A stretch of DNA of 64,000 nt, from the NCBI GenBank assembly GCA_002728175.1, contig PBVH01000012.1, positions 105,037-169,036 on the forward strand. Direction: 5' to 3'. Positions 1 to 8,703 of this stretch are shown in pieces. This DNA comes from Flavobacteriales bacterium. GTDB taxonomy: Bacteria; Bacteroidota; Bacteroidia; Flavobacteriales; BACL11. The stretch's first letter is position 1; every line of letters begins with the position of its first letter. Below the pieces are notes generated by a model. It was not told where the DNA came from and did no database searches. It saw nothing but the letters and a program-made list of their open reading frames with translations. The translations under genes were made by a program, and so were the position numbers.

Positions 1-3000
1 TATCATTTCCAAATAGTGAAATTTTAATGCTTTCAGAAACAACTGAAATACTATCGCTAGCACTACAAATACCGGAATTTGTTTTTACATAATAATTACC
101 TAAATTGGTAGCATAAATATTCGAGTTTGTAGAGATTGTATCAGAGAAAATATTGTTAGTAGACCAAAGAATGGTAGAACCACCATAATCTGCTTCTAAC
201 AAAATTGAGTCATTACAAAATTTTACCTCAGACAATATGTTTAGTTCCACTTCCCCAACATTTACATCTATCTCTCCAATGTCAAAACATGAATTAAATT
301 GTGATTTAATATAATATGTTCCTGTATCAGAAATTAAGATCGATTCGCTCATACTTAATGTGTCTAAAAAACTCATGTTAGAAGACCATATAATTTGGGT
401 TCCATTATGTTCAACATTTAATAAAACAGGGTTTTCACAAATTACGGTATCCTCAGCAAAATTAATATCCACAACAGTAGAATTAACTTTTTGATATATC
501 GTGTCCTTACATGCTCCTTTTTGTATAATCATGTAATACTGTCTTGAAATCTGTGATGTGCAAATAGGGCTTGGAGTGTTTGATCCAATCAAATCAATAT
601 TTGGATACCAAGAATATAAAGAGTTTGGGTCTGTAAATGCTAACCCTAATTGAACAGATTCATTAGAACATTTAATTATTGGTTGTAATGAGTCTGATTG
701 ATTTGATAGAATTGTAATTTTTTTAGTAATTGAATCAATTAAGTTACATCCGGATGAGTCTATTACAGTTAGTGTAACATCATATTCACCAGGTAAAATA
801 TAGTTATGAGAGGGGTTTTTTAAATTTGAATAATTACCGTCTCCAAAATCCCATAAGAATGTAGTAGATGGTGTTATTGAGCTAACATTCTGAAAAGTAA
901 TTATTGGGTTACAACTAACAAGAGGCGATGAAAAATTTGCTACAACAATTGGAAAATCAAAATCAAACTTAAAAACAGCACTATTACATGCACTTCCTAT
1001 ACCGTTATTTACAGCGGAAACAGCTCCTGGATTTGGTTCTATTGGGAAGTCTGAATAACCACCACAACCAGCGCAAACTGCATGATAGATAGTTCCTTTT
1101 TTATCAAATCTTGATGTTCCACCATCAACATGTTCCCTACTTTGGTCTCCTCCTAAATATGTAGCATATACCAAACTATCTAAATCTGTATCTATAACCA
1201 TAAGATATATATCATGACCTGTTGTTGTTTGCTGAAAAGCGTTATTTGTTATAGGCATGTTAAGCGTTGATAATGCTGTCCAAGGATCGGGGTCACTAGG
1301 AGATGGCCCCTGAACATCAGAACCCCAACCAGAAACATAGATATTGCCACAAACGTCAACCAAAAAGGCTGTAGGTGAGATGTCTGGTGTGCCTCTTCCC
1401 GTTCCAAAAACTGTTGATTTCTTTATTGTACTTAGATCTTTTGAAAAGGCTGTTATGAATTGACCTCCATCTAAAACATAATAATTAGCATTATAAATAA
1501 AGCTACTTCCAGGCGCCTTTGTTTGTCCATAAATATAAACTTGATCTTCAGAATCTAGTTCAATAAAGTACGATTGATCATGATAGTTTGGTTCACCATA
1601 AAAAGTTGAATTAACGATAGAATTTCCATCATAACTTAACGTTGTTATAAAGGCATCTGGTAAGACCGAATCAGTTTTTGTGCTTTTATATGCGTTGGGT
1701 GTGGTTGGGAAATCAGTAGATATAGTCCCTCCTGTAACCAAAATATTACTTTCCTGGTCAAAGGCTAAAGAAAAAATGCCGTCATGTTTTGAGCCTCCTA
1801 AAAAAGTGGACCAAACAATTGTACTAAGCTGATTATCCATTTTAAAAACACACCCTTCTTGATCCCCATTATAAACAGATTGAAACGAGTTTGTAACTGG
1901 AAAATCGGTAGATTTTGTACATGTTGCTATGTAAACATTGTTGTTTTTATCTATATCTATTTCTCCCCTTACTTCATCTGCATAGTTTTTATTAATTGGT
2001 ACGTGTATGTTTAGTCCATCATTTTCGCTTCCTCCAATATAAGTTGATGATAAAAGACTACCACCACTTGCACTAAGTTTAGACACAAAAATATCTGAAC
2101 CATTATTAAAAGTAACACCCAAACCTCCAACACCATAGTATGTGCCCCCGTTAAAAATAGTTTGATAAGCTCCGTTTGTTGTTGGAAAGTTTAATGAGCT
2201 GGTGGTACCAAAAATAAAAAGTTCATTTGAGGTGTTAACAACCATACTGTGAGGCAATTCATCTGCGTCACCACCTAGGTATGTTGAATATATCATTTGG
2301 GTTCCTGTTGTATCATACTTTGTAATACCTATATCAACTGTGCCTGATGAAAAGCTAATTTGAAACGCTCCAGTTGTTGTTGGGTAGCCCGTCCCAAAAA
2401 CAGTACTACCACTATACAAAAAACCAAAATCATCATACGTGGCAGTGTATCCGAAGTTATTGGCAAATGAGCCTGAAAACGTCGAAAATTCAAGTGTCGG
2501 ATCAATTATTAGTTTTTTTGATTTATCATATCCATTTGGAAAAACAAATGAAATAGTATTGTTTTTTAATCTGTAGTGACATTTCACCTCAACTAACTTA
2601 CCATCTATTATTTGATATGAAAAAGGTTTATGTTCTATCGTTGTACTAAAAGACGTATTACATATTAAATCACCTTCTAGTATATTAATGCTTTCTAGCC
2701 CATCATATTCTATTTTTATATCTTTTACTCTAGCATTAGGTTGTAAATGTAACTCATACTTTAGTTTATCTTCTACAGAAAACATGAGCAAATCGATGCC
2801 GTCATATATTTCTTTTTGAGTATACCGTTTGTATGTCCTAACGTGATTTACCCAGCCATCTTTATTTCCAATGAAATAATTTTTGTAATATGTACTTGCG
2901 CTGTCGAGAACAAAGCGAGTATTTTTATTAGAATTAACGAAATATACTTTATATGAATGAGCATCAATATAGTCTCTTGTAATAGTGGAGTTGTGAGTTT

Positions 3001-3187
3001 CTTTAATTTGATGTTGATTGTAAAATACATATGAAAACTTCCCTTCTTCAATATAGAGGTCTCCTGAAGGTAAATGTGCTTTACAGAAAACATTTACTGG
3101 CAATTGGCCTTTATTTTCAATAAACGTATTCTGAGAATATGTTGTTTTTACTAAAAATAAAAATAAAAAAACAGGGCTAAATTTCAT
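1..3187 (-). CDS. Large secreted repeat protein with its start in the window and its C-terminus cut by the window edge. It has a signal peptide, SBBP-like beta-propeller repeats, a PKD domain and Cys-bounded Ig-like modules. Probable T9SS cargo or adhesin.
   Basis: Absent from the ORF track because no stop codon lies inside the window. Hand translation of the minus strand from the ATG at 3187 gives MKFSPVFLFLFLVKTTYSQNTFIENKGQ... I checked the frame at 2580-2400, 2280-2220, 900-780 and 60-2, and it is open at each. If an in-frame stop existed, the track would have listed the resulting ORF. Repeats resemble STYLGGDADELPHSMVVNTSNELFIFGTTSSLNFPTTNGAYQ (SBBP-like). A PKD signature WDFGDGNYSNLKNPSHNYILPGEYD lies at 853..779. 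Confidence 0.8.
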   Translation of the reverse strand, partial: MKFSPVFLFLFLVKTTYSQNTFIENKGQLPVNVFCKAHLPSGDLYIEEGKFSYVFYNQHQIKETHNSTITRDYIDAHSYKVYFVNSNKNTRFVLDSASTYYKNYFIGNKDGWVNHVRTYKRYTQKEIYDGIDLLMFSVEDKLKYELHLQPNARVKDIKIEYDGLESINILEGDLICNTSFSTTIEHKPFSYQIIDGKLVEVKCHYRLKNNTISFVFPNGYDKSKKLIIDPTLEFSTFSGSFANNFGYTATYDDFGFLYSGSTVFGTGYPTTTGAFQISFSSGTVDIGITKYDTTGTQMIYSTYLGGDADELPHSMVVNTSNELFIFGTTSSLNFPTTNGAYQTIFNGGTYYGVGGLGVTFNNGSDIFVSKLSASGGSLLSSTYIGGSENDGLNIHVPINKNYADEVRGEIDIDKNNNVYIATCTKSTDFPVTNSFQSVYNGDQEGCVFKMDNQLSTIVWSTFLGGSKHDGIFSLAFDQESNILVTGGTISTDFPTTPNAYKSTKTDSVLPDAFITTLSYDGNSIVNSTFYGEPNYHDQSYFIELDSEDQVYIYGQTKAPGSSFIYNANYYVLDGGQFITAFSKDLSTIKKSTVFGTGRGTPDISPTAFLVDVCGNIYVSGWGSDVQGPSPSDPDPWTALSTLNMPITNNAFQQTTTGHDIYLMVIDTDLDSLVYATYLGGDQSREHVDGGTSRFDKKGTIYHAVCAGCGGYSDFPIEPNPGAVSAVNNGIGSACNSAVFKFDFDFPIVVANFSSPLVSCNPIITFQNVSSITPSTTFLWDFGDGNYSNLKNPSHNYILPGEYDVTLTVIDSSGCNLIDSITKKITILSNQSDSLQPIIKCSNESVQLGLAFTDPNSLYSWYPNIDLIGSNTPSPICTSQISRQYYMIIQKGACKDTIYQKVNSTVVDINFAEDTVICENPVLLNVEHNGTQIIWSSNMSFLDTLSMSESILISDTGTYYIKSQFNSCFDIGEIDVNVGEVELNILSEVKFCNDSILLEADYGGSTILWSTNNIFSDTISTNSNIYATNLGNYYVKTNSGICSASDSISVVSESIKISLFGND

Positions 3188-3204
3188 TGCAAAATAAACT
3201 TTTA

Positions 3205-4401
3205 TTAGTTTGATAAGAATCTAGACAAACTATCCTTAACAATCATAAAATCTTCAAAATTTTCTTTTTTAATTGGATCTCCTGGGGGCAGTGTTTGTTT
3301 ATATGGGTCAACCTGCCTACCGTTTTTCCAAAATCTATAGCAAACATGTGGACCGGTAGCTAATCCTGTACTGCCAACATATCCAATAATTTGTCCTTGT
3401 TTCACCTTTACATTTCTTTTAATTCCGCTTTTTATTTTAGACATATGCAAATACTGAGTTGTATACGTATTGTTGTGCTTGATCTTCACATAATTACCAT
3501 TGTTTCTTGTATAAGATGCCTTGGTGACTACACCATCTGCCGTAGTCCAAATCGGAGTGCCTGTAGCTGCAGCATAATCTGTACCAAAATGTCCTTTCCA
3601 TCTTCCAGTGACAGGGTGTTTTCTATTTTTGCTATACCTTGAAGAGATTCTTTTATAATCAACAGGGGCCATTAAAAACGCTTTACGTAGAGTTTCTCCT
3701 TTCTCATTAAAATAATCACCTCTATTATTTTTTTCTTTATAATAATACGCAAAATAACTTTTATTGTTATGAATAAATTCAGCGGCAATTATTTTACCTA
3801 TACCTATGTATTTATTATCAATATATCTGTCTTCATAGTAAACTTTAAATGCATCTCCTTTTTGTATTTTAAAAAAATCTATAGTCCAAGCATAAATTGT
3901 AGATAGTTCATGTGTTAGTCTCGGGCTGAGACCTTTTTCTTCCATAGCAATCCATAAAGAGTTATTAATATCTCCTTTAGCTTTTTTTAATCTTACTTCT
4001 ATATCTTTTTTTCCTAAAAATACAGACATGTCTTTTGTCAAGTCAAAAACAACATAGTTAACGGGATCTATTTCGTATATAAAAAACTTCGCCTTATCGA
4101 TTGAGTCTCTTGAGCATATTACTGTATAGTTTTGTCCCGCATTTATTCTTCTGACATCAAAAATATTTTTAGAGGCTTTTACAATTTTATTAATTTGTGG
4201 ATGATCAATATGATTAAAATATAGTATTTCTCCTAATGTTTGATTTGGCTTTACAATATCCTTAATTACCTTAAAAGAATCAACCAAAATACCATACTCA
4301 TATTTTGGCACATGAACATGTTTGTTTTCTTTTTCATCTTGTTTAAGAAACAAAATAGAAAACAAGAAACAAACTAGTGCCAAAAAAAATATTTTTTTCA
4401 T
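3205..4401 (-). CDS. M23 family peptidoglycan metalloendopeptidase (MepM/Csd3-like) with an N-terminal membrane anchor
   Basis: 398-aa ORF with LytM-domain motifs HFGTDYAAATGTPI (HxxxD) and GSTGLATGPHVCYRFWKNGRQVDP. The N-terminus MKKIFFLALVCFLFSILF is hydrophobic. Confidence 0.85.
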   Translation of the reverse strand: MKKIFFLALVCFLFSILFLKQDEKENKHVHVPKYEYGILVDSFKVIKDIVKPNQTLGEILYFNHIDHPQINKIVKASKNIFDVRRINAGQNYTVICSRDSIDKAKFFIYEIDPVNYVVFDLTKDMSVFLGKKDIEVRLKKAKGDINNSLWIAMEEKGLSPRLTHELSTIYAWTIDFFKIQKGDAFKVYYEDRYIDNKYIGIGKIIAAEFIHNNKSYFAYYYKEKNNRGDYFNEKGETLRKAFLMAPVDYKRISSRYSKNRKHPVTGRWKGHFGTDYAAATGTPIWTTADGVVTKASYTRNNGNYVKIKHNNTYTTQYLHMSKIKSGIKRNVKVKQGQIIGYVGSTGLATGPHVCYRFWKNGRQVDPYKQTLPPGDPIKKENFEDFMIVKDSLSRFLSN

Positions 4402-4405
4402 CTGT

Positions 4406-5152
4406 TTATATTTTAATTATCGGATACAAGTTGTTTTTATATTCTGTTAGTTCAGCTTTTATTTTCCCTGCCCAAATTTTTGTTTCTACCTTGTATAACA
4501 TTTTGTTTTCATCATCTGAAATCCATATTTTCATATCTTCACCATCTTCAAAAACCCTACCCTCTTGCATTTTTGGTTGAAAAACCATGCATTTAATATC
4601 TCCCAAACTTGTTTCTAGAACTTCATCATACAAATATTTAACTTCTAAAAAATAATTTTCATCATCCATAAAAATGGGTATAGTAAATATACTGTCTGAC
4701 AAAACACTTTCTTTGTTAAACGTTCTAGCATAGAAAAAAGCTGATAGCATATCTTGGCTATCATTTGGTATTTTAAACTGGTTATTTTGTGTTTGAACAA
4801 GATTCTTTTCGTGATTAAATTCGTATTGTTGTTTTATTACATACCCACCTTCGTACACATCTCTTAAAAATTTAACCGGCAAAAAGGTGTTAGTGTCAAT
4901 ATACGTCTCATAAACATCTCTAACTTTAAAAAAAACATCGAAAAATTTTGATGTTTTACCTATACCTGTCATATGGTACGTTGGAATTTTATTTAATAAA
5001 ACTAGTTTAGATATGCTTAACTCTCCATGCCCAACAGCTAATGGTCCAAATGAAATGGTATACTTTGCAAATTCTCCAACTTTATATGGTTTTTTTTGGC
5101 AAAAAGAAATATTGGATATTATCAAAAAAAATATTATACAGCATTGCTTCAT
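4406..5152 (-). CDS. Secreted conserved hypothetical protein, DUF3108-like
   Basis: 248-aa ORF with a signal-peptide-like N-terminus (MKQCCIIFFLIISNISFCQ). The family assignment rests on recalled similarity and position only. Confidence 0.45.
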   Translation of the reverse strand: MKQCCIIFFLIISNISFCQKKPYKVGEFAKYTISFGPLAVGHGELSISKLVLLNKIPTYHMTGIGKTSKFFDVFFKVRDVYETYIDTNTFLPVKFLRDVYEGGYVIKQQYEFNHEKNLVQTQNNQFKIPNDSQDMLSAFFYARTFNKESVLSDSIFTIPIFMDDENYFLEVKYLYDEVLETSLGDIKCMVFQPKMQEGRVFEDGEDMKIWISDDENKMLYKVETKIWAGKIKAELTEYKNNLYPIIKI

Positions 5153-5156
5153 ACAA

Positions 5157-6578
5157 CTATTGATTGCTCAATTTTTTAGAAAAATACAATAAATTATACT
5201 CGTTAAAATGATTTGACATTATATGAATTCCAACTGGTAGGTTCTTGCTATCTAAGCCAATAGGAATAGAAACTGCTGGATTTCCAGATAAATTAGCTTG
5301 AACTGTAAAGACATCTTCCAAATACATTTTTATTGGATCATTATACTTAACCCCCACATCAAAAGCTGTATGGGGACTTGTTGGTGATATTAAAAAATCA
5401 AAATCGTTAAATATTTGTATTGTTTTGTCGTATATAAGTCTTCTAATTTTTTGTGCTTTTGTAAAATACTCATCATTGTATCCAGCACTTAAAACAAACG
5501 TTCCTAGCATAATTCTTCTTTTAACCTCTTCACCAAAACCTTCAGTTCTAGTTCTAAAATACATGTCTTGTAAATCAGAGCTCGCTTCAGACCTATAACC
5601 ATATCTAACCCCATCATATCTTGATAAGTTTGATGAGGCTTCTGCTGTTGTTAAAACATAATACGTTGGAACCAAATAATCAAGATAGGGAAATGAAATG
5701 GGTGAAATAACATGACCCTTTTTCTCTAAACTTTTGATTTTTTTTAAGAACATCTCTTTAACTTCTTTGTTTAATAGTTTATGAGATAGTGTTTCTTCTA
5801 TATAAGCAATTTTTTTTGGTGTATTTTTATAATTGTATTCATTGTAGCTTCCAATTGGGCTGTTTGAAACTGTAGAATCAAAATCATCTTTTCCTGAAAT
5901 AACCTCTAAAACTAACCCCGCATCATCAATATTATTTGTTAGAGGGCCTATTTGATCAAATGATGATGCATATGCTATAAGACCGTGTCTGGAAACTCTT
6001 GAATAAGTCGGTTTCAACCCCACGACTCCACAAAATGAAGCGGGCTGACGAATAGAACCACCTGTATCACTTCCTAGAGCAACTAGACATAGGCCGGCAG
6101 CAACTGCAACTGCAGATCCACCCGAAGAACCTCCTGCAACCTTACGTTTATTATGAGGATTGAGCACGGGGCCATAAATAGAGTTTTCATTAGCAGAACC
6201 CATTGCAAACTCATCACAATTTAGACGTCCTATTATTATTGCGTCTTCCTTTAAAAGTTTTTCAATTACTGTAGCGCTATATATTGACTCAAAACCTTCT
6301 AAAATTTTAGATGAGGCTGATATCTTATGACCTTTATAGCAAATATTGTCTTTTATCGCAACAACCATTCCAGCAAGCTTGCCCTGTGTTCCCTTCTTTA
6401 TTTTTTCATCTACTTTTTTTGAAGTTTCAAGAGCTGTTTTCTCAAAAACTTCTATAAAAGCATTTAGGTTTTTCTGTTTTTTTATTTTTTTTAGATATAA
6501 GGTAGTTTGCTGAACACAAGATGTCTTATTACTTTTTAGAGCTACATATAAATCTTTATATGAACAATAATTTTTCAC
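5157..6578 (-). CDS. gatA: Asp-tRNA(Asn)/Glu-tRNA(Gln) amidotransferase subunit A
   Basis: 473-aa ORF with the amidase signature GGSSGGSAVAVAAG...GSDTGGSIRQPASFCG. Length and layout are typical of GatA. Confidence 0.9.
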   Translation of the reverse strand: MKNYCSYKDLYVALKSNKTSCVQQTTLYLKKIKKQKNLNAFIEVFEKTALETSKKVDEKIKKGTQGKLAGMVVAIKDNICYKGHKISASSKILEGFESIYSATVIEKLLKEDAIIIGRLNCDEFAMGSANENSIYGPVLNPHNKRKVAGGSSGGSAVAVAAGLCLVALGSDTGGSIRQPASFCGVVGLKPTYSRVSRHGLIAYASSFDQIGPLTNNIDDAGLVLEVISGKDDFDSTVSNSPIGSYNEYNYKNTPKKIAYIEETLSHKLLNKEVKEMFLKKIKSLEKKGHVISPISFPYLDYLVPTYYVLTTAEASSNLSRYDGVRYGYRSEASSDLQDMYFRTRTEGFGEEVKRRIMLGTFVLSAGYNDEYFTKAQKIRRLIYDKTIQIFNDFDFLISPTSPHTAFDVGVKYNDPIKMYLEDVFTVQANLSGNPAVSIPIGLDSKNLPVGIHIMSNHFNEYNLLYFSKKLSNQ

Positions 6579-6584
6579 CTAAAT

Positions 6585-6758
6585 TTATTCTTTAGTATCT
6601 TTTTCTATTTCGTTTTTTCCCTTTTTAAATTCACTTATACCTTTTCCTAAGCCGCGCATAAGTTCTGGGATTTTTTTTCCTCCAAATAAAAGTAGTAGTG
6701 CAATTACAATTAATATTATTTCTGGCCCACCAAAAGTAAATAGTATTGTTGATTTCAT
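6585..6758 (-). CDS. tatA: Twin-arginine translocase TatA/TatE family subunit (57 aa, below the ORF-track cutoff)
   Basis: Hand translation from the ATG at 6758 to the TAA at 6587..6585 gives [57 protein letters not shown]. It has the canonical TatA pattern of a TM helix, FG, and an amphipathic KIPEL.RGLGK helix. Confidence 0.8.
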   Translation of the reverse strand: MKSTILFTFGGPEIILIVIALLLLFGGKKIPELMRGLGKGISEFKKGKNEIEKDTKE

Positions 6759-6797
6759 ATGATATTTGTTTTATTTAACAAATTTAACTAATTTGTT

Positions 6798-8045
6798 TTA
6801 ATAGGCGTTATATAACCATTTTGAAGGGTCCATTTTTTCATAGTTTTTCCATATTTCAAAATGCAATTCTGTTTTATCCTCTGGATATTTTGTGTCTACA
6901 ATTCCTATCTTTTCTTTAGCTAAAATCTTATCATTTACTTTTACTAGAACATCTTTAACTCCAGAATAAACAGTAAAATATTCTCCATGATTAATTAATA
7001 TTGCTTTGCCCACACCTTTTATAAAAAATATTCTGCTAATTACTCCATCAAAAACAGCTCTAATTATAGCTTCTTTGTCGGTTGCTATATCAATTCCATT
7101 ATTAAATGTTTCAACACCTGAAAACACTTCATGTTTTTGTTTTCCAAAATAGTTGACAATTATTCCTGTGGAAAGTGGCCAGGGTAGGTTTCCTTTATTT
7201 GCAACAAATTCACTTGATAATAGTTTTGCTTCGGGAGTTAAGGCGTATTCCATATCTTTTCCCTCTTGTCTTAGTTTTTTTATCTCCTCTTCTATAACTT
7301 GTCGAATTTCTTCATCCAGGAGATCCCGAAATTTTTCTTTTTCTTTAAGTTCTTTTTTAATCTTTTTTTCGGATTTAATTAATTTTTTTGAAATCTCTTG
7401 TTTTTCCGTTTGTATTTTATTTAACAAATTTAACTCATCTTTTTTAGCTGTTATAACTTTATTTTTATCTACAGAAGCATTTAAAAGTAGTGCTTCCTCT
7501 TTTAATAAGCTTTCTCCCTTTAATTTTAAAACTTCTTTGGCTTGTTGAATTTTAAATGTTTGATTTTGTCTAAATTTTGTGTATTGCTTTAAATAAGCTA
7601 ATCTTTTATAAGCCTGGTTAAAACTTTTTGCCGAAACAATAAAAACTAAGTCATTTCTTCCCGTTTTTTTTACATACAAATTGTAAATCATTTTTGCATA
7701 CTCAGCCTTTAGTTTTTCCAGTCGCTTCTCCTCATTTTCAATATCAGTTTTTGTTTTGAATATTTTTTCGTTGATTTTTGTGATTTGCCTATCAATTGAT
7801 TTAAATTCATTATCTAGAGTTACTAATAAATTGTTTTGGTTTCTTATTTGCTTTTGTAATACTTTTAAGTAATTAACAGATTGTTTTTTATCTTTTTTTA
7901 CCTTTTCAAGTAATTGATTTGTATAAGAAATTTCTTTTTCTATAGCTTGTTTTTTTTTCTTTAATTCTTCTGTTGATTGAGAATAAATATATGTGTGAAA
8001 AAAACAAATCACAAAAAGAGATAGATAAAGTCTACAGTTTTTCAT
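6798..8045 (-). CDS. EnvC-like murein hydrolase activator with a long coiled coil and a degenerate LytM domain
   Basis: 415-aa ORF with a signal peptide and a K/E-rich coiled coil of about 250 aa. In the C-terminal LytM domain, the HxxxD His is Asn (NNGIDI) and HxH is ExH (TELHFEIW). This matches the non-catalytic activators EnvC/NlpD. Confidence 0.75.
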   Translation of the reverse strand: MKNCRLYLSLFVICFFHTYIYSQSTEELKKKKQAIEKEISYTNQLLEKVKKDKKQSVNYLKVLQKQIRNQNNLLVTLDNEFKSIDRQITKINEKIFKTKTDIENEEKRLEKLKAEYAKMIYNLYVKKTGRNDLVFIVSAKSFNQAYKRLAYLKQYTKFRQNQTFKIQQAKEVLKLKGESLLKEEALLLNASVDKNKVITAKKDELNLLNKIQTEKQEISKKLIKSEKKIKKELKEKEKFRDLLDEEIRQVIEEEIKKLRQEGKDMEYALTPEAKLLSSEFVANKGNLPWPLSTGIIVNYFGKQKHEVFSGVETFNNGIDIATDKEAIIRAVFDGVISRIFFIKGVGKAILINHGEYFTVYSGVKDVLVKVNDKILAKEKIGIVDTKYPEDKTELHFEIWKNYEKMDPSKWLYNAY

Positions 8046-8703
8046 AACCCTTTGGAATTTTGAATTTTTTGATTTTTAATTTATCTAAAAAACTAACTTG
8101 GGTATAGTCAAGATTAATCTCCTTATTTTCAGCGCTAATAACTAAACTAAATGGTATTTTAATATTTTCTACATATTTATAATTACTATAGCTAATTTTA
8201 GCTTGCTGTTGTCCTAAAATCTCTTTGAAAATGGTATTTTCCTTTTCTATTTGGTTTTCTTTCATCTCTTCTTTTTGCTCTAGAACAAGATCATCTGCTA
8301 GAAACAAGGTGTTTATCATGTCTTTAACACTATACTTTAATGTGCCAATTATATTTAGTGAGTTCAGTGCTGTTATTTGATATTTTTTGTTGACTCTATC
8401 AATAAAATAGAGTGTGTCATTTGCTATCTGTCCTCTAACAACTTCTATTCCTAAAGGTGCTAGCGCAGAAAACATTATAATACTATCTTTATTTGTTTTT
8501 ATACTAACATTTAAGCCTTGTTGTTGGCCTGTATTATTAAATTTAATTTTTCCTTTTGCAAATATCTTTTTGGATGAAAGGTCAATGTAAGACGGTTGAT
8601 TGTAATCTGAAAATTTATTTTTAGTATTATTTTTAAAACGAACAACTTGACAAGAGTTTAAAATTAATATTAAGACGCCAAAAATAAATAGCTTACTATT
8701 CAT
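8032..8703 (-). CDS. DUF4292-like lipoprotein
   Basis: The track ORF is 8032..8739. I prefer the internal Met at 8703 (MNSKLFIFGVLILILNSCQ...), which gives a lipoprotein signal with a lipobox Cys and reduces the overlap with the upstream TPR gene to 8 nt. The family call rests on the recalled TPR-DUF4292-M23 synteny in Flavobacteriia. Confidence 0.5.
   Translation of the reverse strand: MNSKLFIFGVLILILNSCQVVRFKNNTKNKFSDYNQPSYIDLSSKKIFAKGKIKFNNTGQQQGLNVSIKTNKDSIIMFSALAPLGIEVVRGQIANDTLYFIDRVNKKYQITALNSLNIIGTLKYSVKDMINTLFLADDLVLEQKEEMKENQIEKENTIFKEILGQQQAKISYSNYKYVENIKIPFSLVISAENKEINLDYTQVSFLDKLKIKKFKIPKGYEKL

Noticed and set aside
2374-3093. Track ORFs 2374..2556 (+) and 2848..3093 (-) as genes in the otherwise 'empty' left end.
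   Set aside because: Both lie inside, and out of frame with or antisense to, the long open frame 1..3187 (minus), which has clear SBBP/PKD motifs.
7153-7548. 131-aa plus-strand ORF inside the EnvC-like gene. Similar antisense ORFs occur at 17310..17618, 22800..23147, 24054..24446, 40281..40538, 40641..40922 and 59314..59670.
   Set aside because: All lie antisense to genes with clear family motifs. Their Ser/Phe/Ile-rich translations are what one expects from the reverse complement of K/E-rich AT-biased coding sequence.
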